Origin: the human T2T-CHM13v2.0 reference genome, Homo sapiens
Strand: one strand, 5' to 3'
DNA: 64,000 nt
Assembly (NCBI RefSeq): GCF_009914755.1
Contig: NC_060927.1
Shown here: positions 1 to 16,210 of the stretch, in pieces
Layout of the letters: the number at the start of each line of letters is the position of its first letter
How positions within the stretch are numbered: position 1 is the first letter of the stretch
Notes under the pieces: model-generated
Database searches by the model: none
What the model saw: the letters and a program-made list of their open reading frames with translations, nothing else
Told to the model about the DNA's origin: nothing
Translations under genes and position numbers: made by a program

Positions 1-2247
1 TACATAAGGAAAGCTAACCTCTACCCAAAATGAAAAACAAAATCATCATTAAAGTCACCCTAGAAGCTATTTTTAAAAAATCAGGTGTCTCAGCCCAAAT
101 GTAAAGAACCAGAATATATAGGCTAGTATGAGCCTGGGGAATTTTCTAAAACTGTACAATGATGAACCAGGTTTAGGTATCACTGAACTATATAACCTGT
201 AGTTATTACATTCTTTTTAAAAATCTCTCTACTTACCTAATGTGAATATTTTAAAATTCCTTTGCATGCAAAATCAATTGAATTTGTACATCCAATTAAA
301 TTTTTTATGAGTTTTTTGCCTTATACTATGTGAGTAAGAAGAGCACTAAAATATACTATAACTATCATATTTGATTTTTAGCCAAATATTATATAAAATA
401 TAATATTCTAAGGTATCATGTAAATTGGAAACATAAACCATCTTTTATAAAGGCTAATAAAGCTTTTGTATAAAAATTTAAAATATGTTATCTTTAATGA
501 TATGTTAATCTATTACCAGTAGAAATACTTAACATTTATTAAAGATAAAATTTCACACAATGACTTGAGTGCAATAAGTTTTCAAGTGGGAATTCTTTGT
601 GCATTTGGAAATACAGCCCTCTACCACTATACACTTTAAAATTTCAATTGAATGATGTTTTTAATTTGTTTCTCTATTCTCATATATCATCAGTAGATTA
701 CCACTTCACGTTACAATTACTCACAGTGCTTATCTGTAAATGAAATTTGAAAACATGATGGGTACATAATGCACTGCCAGCATAAGCAGAAACACTGCTC
801 CAATCACACCTTATGTCAACATGTTCATCCTTAATAATAGAAAAATGCACCTTCAAGGAAATAATTTGATTAAACCTTATCAGAACAACTAACATTTCCT
901 ATTTTAATGTAACATTTCAAACACTCCAAATCTTACAAGCTGTTCTACATGGCAGTGAAGCACATCACGGCAACATTTTTCAACACACATAAACAAGACA
1001 CCGGCTTCTGTGCTGTCTTTGTTTCTGTCTCCATGAAACGTTGCAGGTGTGATGAAATGAACATTCCTGAAGTGTTTTGTTGTTGTTTTGAAACTCATAC
1101 AATCACGAAAGTCTCTCAAGCAGTTGCATTAGATAGGTTAATTCAAGTATATTGAATAACTTGCATCTGCTTCCTGCTACTGCCATCACCAGCTCCCCAA
1201 ATATGTATCCCCGGACGTTATTTTTATTCAAAGCTTATCACTCTCTTAGAGAACGGTCATCAGAAACACCTCTATGTGCTAATTATTTGATCGTATGCTC
1301 TATTTAATTCTGAAATCAGGGAGAAGTCTGGAATTAATTAAAGACTTTTAAAAAGACATGAAGTAACAAAAGTTATGTCATCATTCCAGGGATCATGAAG
1401 AAAAATATTTTTAGAAACACAATTGAATTATGCATTTATATAATTAAAAGAGTGACTCATGACATTTGGAAAAAATTAAGCAGTAGATATATGTATACAA
1501 ACACAAAAATTGTTAAGTTATCTTTACCACAGTCCAGCTCCATCTCTTGGGAGCGATCAATATTAACTGCTGAGTGTGCACTCTGCTACACTTTTCCTAT
1601 GTCCTTTATGTATACATGCAGAGATTTTGAGGCTAATATGTTTATTTTCTCATAAATTACACATTGCCTCATAACCTGTTTTTTTCAGTTAGCTGGACAT
1701 TTCAAAGGTAAAGAATCTTTTCAAAATGTATTTATAATTTTATTATAAACATATACTATATAATTTTAAATTTCAAATATATTACTTGCCTTATAATTCA
1801 AAGAAGCAGTATTCTGCCTAAGCCACACTTTGACTCACATTTCCCATAGGCAACCTGACTTTTAGCTCTTCCAGCATTCATTTATTCACCAAGTACTTAT
1901 GGAATGCCAGGTGCTATTCTTAGTACATGGATATGAAACACGGCAAAGAATAAAACAGCTAGCTTTTCTGCTTTCAGAAACAAAGCATTCAAGGGAGGGA
2001 ACTCTACCAAAAATGAAACAAAAAAGCTTCAACTAATTAATAAATTATATGTGAATGGTGATTAGGTGATGGAAAATGACAAGTGAGTATTTAGAGTTAT
2101 TTATTTTAGATATTTCTTCAAATATTTACTTCTGCATTAAAATGTTTTTACTACTATTTCTTGGTTTTCCAATACTGAACACTGTTTATTGTCTTCCGAT
2201 TTTGCAAGATGACAAATGATCTAATTTACATTCCCTTCCCCTTTCTT

Positions 2248-2281
2248 ACACACACACACACACACACACACGTATGTGTGC

Positions 2282-2316
<35 letters not shown>
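2248..2316. repeat. Compound (AC)n/(TA)n microsatellite
   Basis: (AC)~12 at 2248-2271 followed by (TA)~15 at 2287-2316. Confidence 0.95.
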
Positions 2317-2321
<5 letters not shown>

Positions 2322-2473
2322 GCACACATACAATTTTAGGTTAAAACAATATCTATGGTTCATCCTTATGATTACATAATATTATTCACAGAAAATTTTA
2401 AATACTTTTTATGATTGTATTTCCTTTATTGAGCAACCTCTCTACTTTTGATATTTAAAATTACCTTATTTTT

Positions 2474-2787
<314 letters not shown>

Positions 2788-2795
2788 TTATTTTT

Positions 2796-2900
2796 TCCCT
2801 CCCTCCCTCCCTCCCTTTCTTCCTTCCTTCCTTCTTTCCTTCCTTCCTTCTTTCCTTCCTTCCTTCTTTCCTTCCTTCCTCCTCCTCTTCCTCTCTTCTT
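2796..2900. repeat. Polypyrimidine (CCCT/CCTT)n low-complexity tract
   Basis: About 100 nt of only C/T on the + strand. Confidence 0.9.
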
Positions 2901-3581
2901 CATTTAATCTTCCTAGGAATGTTTGCATGGGATATGTGTTACATAGGGCGTCATCAGGAAAACTGAAAGCAATCTAGATTCCAAGCATGCTAAAGCTGGA
3001 AGAGCAAAGTTCAAGGTAAAATCAGTTTGTGGCTTCCAGGAGAACTGAAGTGTAAGGAGTTTGTTGCTTAAATAACCAAAATGAGTGATTTGGAGCAATT
3101 AGCACAGAATCCACTGCAAACTTGGTTCTCTCTGTCCTCGCATCTGCCCACTGCTCCCGTAATAGTACATCAATGGCAGCATCTAACTGAAATTTTACTG
3201 GCAAGAGGGTCTAGAAAATCTCATTCACAGTTTTATCCCACAAGATGTATAGGAGAATGTGAAGCGAAAGGGATAGTGTTAAATAACAGACAATGCAAAA
3301 AATAAATATAAAAATCTGAGACTTTATGTAACTGTTAATTTATTTACCCAACAAATGATAAAAATTAACAGGGTAAGATTTATGTTGGAAAGATTTCTCT
3401 TTCTCACTTTTGCTGTTTTTTAGGATATTCTGTCAATCTCCTAGTTGTTGAAATTTAATAAGGGTAAACTTTGAGGTTGATGTTTTTATTTGTTTTGTTT
3501 ATTTTCATTTACTGAGTTAGAAACAAATGAGTTTTGCAATCTGGAAATTCATGCTTTTCAGTTTTAATACATTTTCTTATG

Positions 3582-4305
3582 CAGTAGTCCCCTTTTGATG
3601 GTTTCAGTTTCCTGAGGTCAACTGAAGTCTGAAAATACTAACTGAAAAATTCCAAAAATAAATGATTTGTAAGTTTCAAATTTCCAATTCAGGATGTCAG
3701 TCATCCCTGGGCCAGTGTAGCCACACTGTATACATACCAAACTGTTAGTCACTTGCTTAGCTCTCTAGATTATCAGATCAACCATCACAGTATCTCAATG
3801 TTTATGTTCAAGAAACCTTTATTTTACTTAATCGTGACCCCAAAACATGAGAGTAATGATGCTGACCATTCACATATGCCAAAGAGAAGGCTTAAAGTGC
3901 TTTCTTTAAGTGAAAAGATAAAAGTTCTTGACTAAAGGAAAAAAGATCATAGATTGTTAAGCGATGAAAAATAATCACTTAGTGAATATCTCTTAGATAA
4001 TTAGTACCTGGCTTATATTCAAATAATCATAGGTTGTTAAGTGAAAAGAACAAATTTGTGAAATTATGAAGAAGGAAAAAAGAATTCATCCTAGTGTTAC
4101 TGTCACACCTCAAACTGCAAAAGTTATGGCCACAGTGCATGGTCAAGTGTTTAGTTATGATGAAAAAGACATTAAATTTTTAGGTGAAAGACATAAATAG
4201 AAATGAGTTCTGTTTGACAGCAATTGTGTTCTGTAATGTTCATGGATTTAGGCAACTATAGGGAATCTTAGAATGTATTTCTCGTGGTTAAGGGAGGAAC
4301 TATTA
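3582..4305 (+). mobile_element. MER44/Tigger7-derived TcMar-Tigger DNA transposon fossil
   Basis: CAGTAGTCCCC left terminus, degenerate complementary right terminus; internal peptide MPKRRLKVLSLSEKIKVLD resembles a Tigger transposase N-terminal HTH. Confidence 0.75.
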
Positions 4306-7294
4306 TATATTTTTCTTTGATAATCTCCCAACAGCATTTTTCTGTAGCATTCTCAGAAGCTCCTATTAATTGGATATTTGATTTATTGTAGTAGGGTCTA
4401 TTTTTTCTCTTGTTTTCAATTTGTCTACATTTTAGTTCTATATTCTAAACTATTACTTTCGTTTTTTATCTTCTAGCCTTTCACCGTTTTTAGTCAGCTT
4501 TTTAATTTACAAAATTGTGCATTTTTTAAAAAAGTTTTTGTTTTACAGCATTTTTTATAAATGCAATATCTTCTCTTAGATTTTGCAGACATTGAATCTA
4601 ATAGTTCTGTTACAATTCTGCACTAATCCTGAATTTTCTTAAATTGTCTCTTTTGTTATCTATCATTTATGTAGAACAATTTATTGGAATGTCTGTTGAA
4701 TTGACCACCATTTTTTCTTTAGTATTGAGGCACTAATAAGCTATGTAAAGCTCTGAGAACTGTATGAGAAGTACAGATAGATCGGCCTCATCTTGGTGTG
4801 ATGGTCCAGGCACCAACCTATTTCACTGGACTATGGCAAATTGAAATCCGTCTATTAGGCAAGCACTTTCCCAAAGAAGGATGCCCAACCTCCCACATAG
4901 GGGCTACTTGCCTATTCTATTTGAATTAGTTGCCTATTAGGAGTAATAGTCTCTAATACATATCTTGTAAACAATTTCTCAGTCAATTTTTTCCTTAGAC
5001 TGTGCTTATGGTGAAAATATAAAAGGGTGCAGAATAAGATATCTGAAAATCTAGGTTCAAGTGTCTATATCTACATTTATTTGATATTTGGCTTTGGACA
5101 AGCCACAGACATTCCTTAAGTTAATTTTGTCTTCTTGAAAATGCTGTTAACCTCAGCAAGGAACAAATGAGATAATATGAATAAAATAGTTTCATGGATT
5201 ATAAAATAGTCCATTATATGAGGTATTATTGTTATGACAGCAATCACTGAAGAGCACCTACTATAATAGAAAATTTTATTTATGCAAAATATGTCATAAA
5301 GGAAAAAAATTATATAATGTGCTGAGCATGCTATCAAGTATTGTATATTGCTCAAGGGGCATTTCTATAAGAACTTGGCATTGCTATTCTCTCAGTGTCA
5401 AATACATCATTGTGGCTGCATTCTATAACACCATAATTTGAGGCATCTTTCACAAATTTCTCATATAATGAATATACACAATTTTCCATATTGAAGCAAA
5501 AATAGAGTGCTGGTTTCTTATGACTGAAAAAGATTATAGTTTATTGTAGAAATAAATTCTTATCAAGGGCTCTGTGCCCTTTGTTTCAACAAGCTTTAAA
5601 AGCCTAGTTCAAATAGGTTCCTTAATGGCTGATGAAATATACAAAACATACTGAAATATTGGGAAAAATCTGGGGCGGTTCAGCATGTGCAAATACAGAT
5701 ATCTCAGTCTGTGCTTCCTGTTGTGCAGATGGAATTCTCCCCACTGGGCCTGGAATGAGTCCATAATATCCTGCCATATACACACATCCAGGGCTCAAGC
5801 CCACGGCAATCTTTTCATTATCAAACCTACTGTCAAAACATTGGCATCATATCAAGAACATGGAGACAACAAAGCTAAATTATCAGTTACTATGACAGAG
5901 AATGCTAGATTGGCTACATAGATATTACCTTTGCGTTAGAGATAATTATTCCAACAAAGAGTGAATGAATCATTTTCATATGATGAGGCAAAATTTCAAA
6001 TCTTATCTTTCAGGGATTTCTGCATTTAAACATCATATATATGTGGGGTTTTGTGGTGTGTATATGTGTGTGTGTCATATCTCTCTATATATGCACATAT
6101 AACATGTACATGTACATATTACATATTACATATATTTATATTAAATTATCATTATAATTAGTGAAAAAAATCTATCCTGATCCCCACTTCTACTTAACAT
6201 CCACATCTACCTAAACATATAAAAAGAAAATTATTTTCCTGTCTTTATTTTTTTGATTTTTGTCTATATTTACATGTGACAAAGGATGTAAAATCTAGTC
6301 CCCCTTATTACATATAAAGTAGCATACAACCACACACTTCTGTACCTCACTTTCTTCATTTAATAGTAGTTAGTGTGCTAATACTAATATATACATTTCT
6401 CATTATTTTGTACAGAAACATATTTTCCACTTTATGAGAATCCATAATTATTTAACCAGTGCCTTCTTAGTAGCATATTACAAATAATTTAATATTTAAA
6501 GACTACTTTAATGGAAACCTACACAAGTCATTTCCCAGGAGAGCAAGCACAAGTAGACACATGGATTAAAAGGTTATACACATTTATAATTGTAAAAGAT
6601 ATTGTCGTGTTTTCTACATAGAGATTGTAGAAATTTAATATGCAAATGGAAGTATATAAAACTGCCTGTTTCCTCACAGCCTCACCAATGTATTATGTAA
6701 TCTCACTATGGGCTTTGAGTCAATATATTATGTATTTGGGAAGAGAGTGGCTTGGTGTAATTTCAAATGTAATTTTATCTTATTAGAAGTGAAGTTGAGC
6801 ATTTCTTCATCTGTTTAAAAAACAGCTATACTTATTCTGTGACTGAATATTAGATAGTTTTGCTCATTTGTAATAAGAGTTTTGAACCTTTTCTCATTGA
6901 CTTCTAGAAACTCTTCATGTAATTAGGATATTATCCCTTTAATAAAGTATGAGATACAAACACCTTTTTATTTCAAGTTTCATGTTTGCTCATCTGAATA
7001 GGTGCATGGTGTGAAGTAATATGTAGAAGTTTTTGACTTTTATGAAGTCATGATTATCAATATTTTCATATATATCTTCAGAATTTTAATAATATTAGAA
7101 AAGTCTTTCTATTTCAATACTCTGAAGACATTCTCCCTTCGTTTTTATTTTTATTTTTATTTTTTTCTTCATTTAAAAAGTGCCTTTTTGACTTATAAAT
7201 CTAATTTTATTTTTTTCAAGATTATTATTCAGTTTTCCCTCAATTTTTGGCATTCTCTTTCATTCATTTGGCTTTATAATATTAATTTCTACTA

Positions 7295-8886
7295 TTTTTT
7301 ATTAAAATGTGTATATATTTAAGGTGTACAGAATTGGTGACATGTTTTATTATATATAGTGATATTATTACTATAGCCAAGCTAATTAACATATCCATCC
7401 TCTTACATATTGACTCTTGTGCTTGTGGGGAAAACACTTAAGATCTACTCTTTTAGTAAATTTCAAGTACATAATATAACATTATTAACTATAGTCATTA
7501 TGCTGTACATTAAATCTCTAGAACTTACTCATTCTACCTAACTGAAACTTTTTACACTTTGACTAACATCTCTCCATCCCCACACCATTGTTAACTATCA
7601 TTCTACTTTATGCTTCTATAAATTTGGCTTTTTTAGATTCCAGATATAAGTGAGATTAGACAGTATTTTTCTTTCTCTGTCTGGCTTATTTCACTTGGCA
7701 TCATGTCCTCCAGTTTCACTCATGTTTCAGATGGCAGAGTTACCTTCTTTATAAAGGCTGAGTAATATTTCATTATTTCTTTATGCATCAATTTACCAGG
7801 TACTTAGATTGTTGCCATACATTGGCTATTGTAAATATGTAGCCATGAACATGGGAGTGCATCTATCTCCTTGGCACACTGATTTCAAATTCTCTGCATA
7901 TAAAGCCAGAAGTGAGATTCCCGGATAGTAGGCTAGTTCTATTTTTAACAGTGAGGGAACTCCACACTGTCTTCCATAACGGCTATATTAATTGGCATTC
8001 CCCAAATCGGTATACTAGAGTTTCCTTTTCTCCACATTCTTACCAAAACTCATTATCTTTTGCATTTTTATAATGGCCATCCTAACAGGTGTAAAGTGAT
8101 ACCTCATTGTAGTTTTTATTTAATGAAAACTACTGACAATTAGTAATGTTGACCATTTTTCATATACCTCTTGGCCATTTGTATTTCTTCTTTGAGAAAA
8201 TGTCTATTCATGTCTATTTTAAACCCAGGTTATTTGTTTTGTTTTTGCCTCTGAGAGTGTACGTGTTACTTATATATTTTTAATATTAACCTCTTATGAG
8301 ATATCTGGCTTGCAAATATTTTCTGTCAATCTGTAGGTTGCCATTTCATCATGTTTTTTACTTTTTCTGTGCAGAAGCCTTTTAGTTTGGTATACTCCCA
8401 GTTAATTGATTTTTGCATTTTTTGCCTGTACTTTTGCAGTCATAGCCAAAAGGCAATTGCCAAAACCAATGTCAAAACTTTTTCCTATATTTCCTTCTAG
8501 GACTTTTAAGGCTTACATTTAAGTCTATAATTCATTTTGATTTTATTTTTGAGTATGATATATGATGAAGGTCTAGTTTTATTTTTTTGCATGTCAATAC
8601 TCAGTTCTTCTAATGCCATTTATTGAAGAGACTATTATTTCCCTATTATATATTCTTTGTGCTCTTGGCAAAGACTAGTTGATTAATTGATAAGCATGGT
8701 TTATGTCTGGGCTCTCTATTCTCTTCTGTTGCTCTATGTGAGTGTATGGCAGTACTAAACTGTTTTGATTACTATGTATTTTTGATTAGCTTTGTAATAC
8801 AATTTAGGAAATATGATGCCTTCCACCATGTTCTTGCTCAGAATTGCTTTGGTTAGTTAGAGTCTTTTTGTTCAATAAATATTTTA
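7295..8886 (-). mobile_element. Old L1 (L1MA-type) 3' UTR and ORF2 3' remnant; left part of the host element for the young L1
   Basis: L1MA-like 3' end motifs, then degraded antisense ORF2 homology continuing to the young-L1 TSD. Confidence 0.8.
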
Positions 8887-8911
8887 GAATTTTTATTTTT
8901 ATTTTTATTTT

Positions 8912-8943
<32 letters not shown>

Positions 8944-9169
8944 TTATTTTATTTTTTTATTATTATTATACTTTAAGTTTTAGGGTACATGTGCACATTG
9001 TGCAGGTTAGTTACATATGTATACATGCGCCATGCTGGTGCGCTGCACCCACTAACGTGTCATCTAGCATTAGGTATATCTCCCAATGCTATCCCTCCCC
9101 CATCCCCCGACCCCACCACAGTCCCCAGAGTGTGATATTCCCCTTCCTGTGTCCATGTGATCTCATTGT

Positions 9170-13024
<3,855 letters not shown>

Positions 13025-13060
13025 TTAGTTGATGCAGTTTCTTCCTAGTCTCGATGGTCT

Positions 13061-14077
13061 TTACATTTTGGCATGATTTTGCAGCGGCTGGTACCGGTTG
13101 TTCCTTTCCATGTTTAGCGCTTCCTTCAGGAGCTCTTTTAGGGCAGGCCTGGTGGTGACAAAATCTCTCAGCATTTGCTTGTCTATAAAGTATTTTATTT
13201 CTCCTTCACTTATGAAGCTTAGTTTGGCTGGATATGAAATTCTGGGTTGAAAATTCTTTTCTTTAAGAATGTTGAATATTGGCCCCCACTCTCTTCTGGC
13301 TTGTAGGGTTTCTGCCGAGAGATCCGCTGTTAGTCTGATGGGCTTTCCTTTGAGGGTAACCCGACCTTTCTCTCTGGCTGCCCTTAACATTTTTTCCTTC
13401 ATTTCAACTTTGGTGAATCTGACAATTATGTGTCTTGGAGTTGCTCTTCTCGAGGAGTATGTTTGTGGCGTTCTCTGTATTTCCTGAATCTGAACGTTGG
13501 CCTGCCTTGCTAGATTGGGGAAGTTCTCCTGGATAATATCCTGCAGAGTGTTTTCCAACTTGGTTCCATTCTCCACATCACTTTCAGGTACACCAATCAG
13601 ACGTAGATTTGGTCTTTTCACATAGTCCCATATTTCTTGGAGGCTTTGCTCATTTCTTTTTATTCTTTTTTCTCTAAACTTCCCTTCTCGCTTCATTTCA
13701 TTCATTTCATCTTCCATCGCTGATACCCTTTCTTCCAGTTGATCGCATCGGCTCCTGAGGCTTCTGCATTCTTCACGTAGTTCTCGAGCCTTGGTTTTCA
13801 GCTCCATCAGCTCCTTTAAGCACTTCTCTGTATTGGTTATTCTAGTTATACATTCTTCTAAATTTTTTTCAAAGTTTTCAACTTCTTTGCTTTTGGTTTG
13901 AATGTCCTCCCGTAGCTCAGAGTAATTTGATCGTCTGAAGCCTTCTTCTCTCAGCTCGTCAAAGTGATTCTCCATCCAGCTTTGTTCCGTTGCTGGTGAG
14001 GAACTGCGTTCCTTTGGAGGAGGAGAGGCGCTCTGCGTTTTAGAGTTTCCAGTTTTTCTGTTCTGTTTTTTCCCCAT
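13061..14077 (-). CDS. ORF1: LINE-1 ORF1p (coiled coil, RRM, CTD; RNA-binding chaperone), 338 aa, uninterrupted
   Basis: MGKKQNRKTGNSK start; REKG, ARR and YPAKLS motifs intact; canonical length. Confidence 0.98.
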   Translation of the reverse strand: MGKKQNRKTGNSKTQSASPPPKERSSSPATEQSWMENHFDELREEGFRRSNYSELREDIQTKSKEVENFEKNLEECITRITNTEKCLKELMELKTKARELREECRSLRSRCDQLEERVSAMEDEMNEMKREGKFREKRIKRNEQSLQEIWDYVKRPNLRLIGVPESDVENGTKLENTLQDIIQENFPNLARQANVQIQEIQRTPQTYSSRRATPRHIIVRFTKVEMKEKMLRAAREKGRVTLKGKPIRLTADLSAETLQARREWGPIFNILKEKNFQPRISYPAKLSFISEGEIKYFIDKQMLRDFVTTRPALKELLKEALNMERNNRYQPLQNHAKM

Positions 14078-14972
14078 CTTTGTGGTTTTATCTACTTTTG
14101 GTCTTTGATGATGGTGATGTACAGATGGGTTTTCGGTGTAGATGTCCTTTCTGGTTGTTAGTTTTCCTTCTAACAGACAGGACCCTCAGCTGCAGGTCTG
14201 TTGGAATACCCTGCCGTGTGAGGTGTCAGTGTGCCCCTGCTGGGGGGTGCCTCCCAGTTAGGCTGCTCGGGGGTCAGGGGTCAGGGACCCACTTGAGGAG
14301 GCAGTCTGCCCATTCTCAGATCTCCAGCTGCGTGCTGGGAGAACCACTGCTCTCTTCAAAGCTGTCAGACAGGGACACTTAAGTCTGCAGAGGTTACTGC
14401 TGTCTTTTTGTTTGTCTGTGCCCTGCCCCTAGAGGTGGAGCTTACAGAGGCAGGCAGGCCTCCTTGAGCTGTGGTGGGCTCCACCCAGTTCGAGCTTCCT
14501 GGCTGCTTTGTTTACCTAAGCAAGCCTGGGCAATGGCGGGCGCCCCTCCCCCAGCCTCGTTGCTGCCTTGCAGTTTAATCTCAGCCTGCTGTGCTAGCAA
14601 TCAGCGAGATTCCGTGGGCGTAGGACCCTCTCAGCCAGGTGTGGGATATAGTCTCGTGGTGCGCCGTTTTTTAAGCCGGTCTGAAAAGCGCAATATTTGG
14701 GTGGGAGTGACCCGATTTTCCAGGTGCGTTCGTCACCCCTTTCTTTGACTCGGAAAGGGAACTCCCTGACCCCTTGCGCTTCCCAGGTGAGGCAATGCCT
14801 CGCCCTGCTTCGGCTCGCGCATGGTGCGCGCACACACTGGCCTGCGCCCACTGTCTGGCACTCCCTAGTGAGATGAACCCGGTACCTCAGATGGAAATGC
14901 AGAAATCACCCGTCTTCTGCGTCGCTCACGCTGGGAGCTGTAGACCGGAGCTGTTCCTATTCGGCCATCTTC
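14078..14972 (-). promoter_or_regulatory. L1 5' UTR with internal sense promoter, YY1 core (14963-14971) and antisense promoter firing toward higher coordinates
   Basis: Matches L1HS 5' UTR; CpG-rich; AAGATGGCC at the extreme 5' end. Confidence 0.9.
14533..14748 (+). CDS. ORF0: Primate L1 antisense ORF0, 71 aa, intact
   Basis: ATG at 14533 in GCAATGG context; MAGAPPPASLLPCSLISACCASNQRDSVGVGPSQPGVGYSLVVRRFLSRSEKRNIWVGVTRFSRCVRHPFL; 216 nt including stop. Confidence 0.88.
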   Translation: MAGAPPPASLLPCSLISACCASNQRDSVGVGPSQPGVGYSLVVRRFLSRSEKRNIWVGVTRFSRCVRHPFL

Positions 14973-14990
14973 GAATTTTTATTTTTATTT

Positions 14991-15265
14991 CTGTGAAAGA
15001 AGCTTAGAATTTTGATAGGATTGCATTGAATCTACATATTGTTTTGGAAGTATGAACATTTAAAAAATAATAATTTTTCCAATCCATGAACATGGGGTAT
15101 CTATCCACTCATTTGTGTCTTTTTCAATTTCTTTCATCGATATTATAGTTTCATGTCATATATCAATATGTATAGTTTTCAGAATACAAATCTTTCACTA
15201 TATTACTTAAATTTATTCCTAATTTTTGTTGCTATTTAAAATGGGATTTTTCCTTGATTTTTTGG
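14991..15265 (-). mobile_element. Old L1 ORF2 remnant; right continuation of the host L1MA
   Basis: Joined to 8886 across the TSD it gives continuous antisense ORF2 homology, equivalent to young L1 ~10440-10700. Confidence 0.78.
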
Positions 15266-15921
15266 TACAGTTTGTCTTCATTTCTTCCCTTTCAGAGTCT
15301 TCCTGATTAGTCCTTATTGGTTCACATAAATCTAAAATTAACAGGTTTAGCTCCAAACATTACAAAAACCAAAGAAAATTAAAAACAAGGAAACAAAACA
15401 AATATTCTCTCTGTTATTACTAATGAAACCATGTTGAATTTATAAACTCATGTCGGAGTTAATTCAAATTTTAAGCCTAGCATTTTAAATTGAATTATTT
15501 CAAAAAGATACTTTTGTCTTGTGTTATAGAAGAGGAATAAAAAAAGAACAAAAATGATTTTGAAATGGGATACATTGTTATTTAAATATTATTTTATAGT
15601 TCTGTCCAATTATATCTTAAGCATCTTTGAGGTTGATAACAACATATTACAATCTTACTTTTTCCTTCATAAAGAATAACAATTTTTAATACACAAAACA
15701 AAGCCTTAGAAAATATTTATTGGAATAAGTCTTAAATATGATTACAATAATTGTGTTTAAGGATATATTAGGCAACTCCTCCCACTTTATATAAAATGCT
15801 TACAGTTAGCCACAGCACACAGTTTATAGATATAATTTGTATAGTATTATATATAGTTTATTTTATTTCGCTATTATATGTATATATGTATATATAATGT
15901 TTATCCAATGTTAGATCTAAT

Positions 15922-16210
15922 TTGTGTGTGTGTGTGTGACAGCGTCTTGCTCTGTCACCCAGGCTGGAGTGCAGTGGTGCTATCTCAGCTCATTGCAACT
16001 ACCTCCCAGTTCAAGTGATTATTGTGCCTCAGCCTCCTGCGTAGCTGGGCATGCACAACCACACGAGCTAATTTTGTTGCTGTTGTACTTTTAGTAGAGA
16101 AGGGTTTTGCCATGCTGCCCAGGCCTGTCTCAAACTCCTGGCCCTAGTGATCCACCAGCCTCGGCCTCCCAAAATGCTGCGATTACAGACATAAGCCACC
16201 ATGCCTGGCC
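15922..16210 (-). mobile_element. Older Alu (AluS/J) with tail converted to (CA)n
   Basis: Antisense Alu body; (TG)n at the tail position. Confidence 0.9.

Noticed and set aside
1689-1707. Possible 19-nt + strand microexon (TTTTTTCAG|...AAG|GTAAAG)
   Set aside because: Such motif pairs occur by chance in AT-rich DNA; not frame-preserving; no supporting context
7050-7322. 90-aa hydrophobic ORF resembling a membrane peptide
   Set aside because: T-rich antisense tail region of old L1 fragments; compositional artefact
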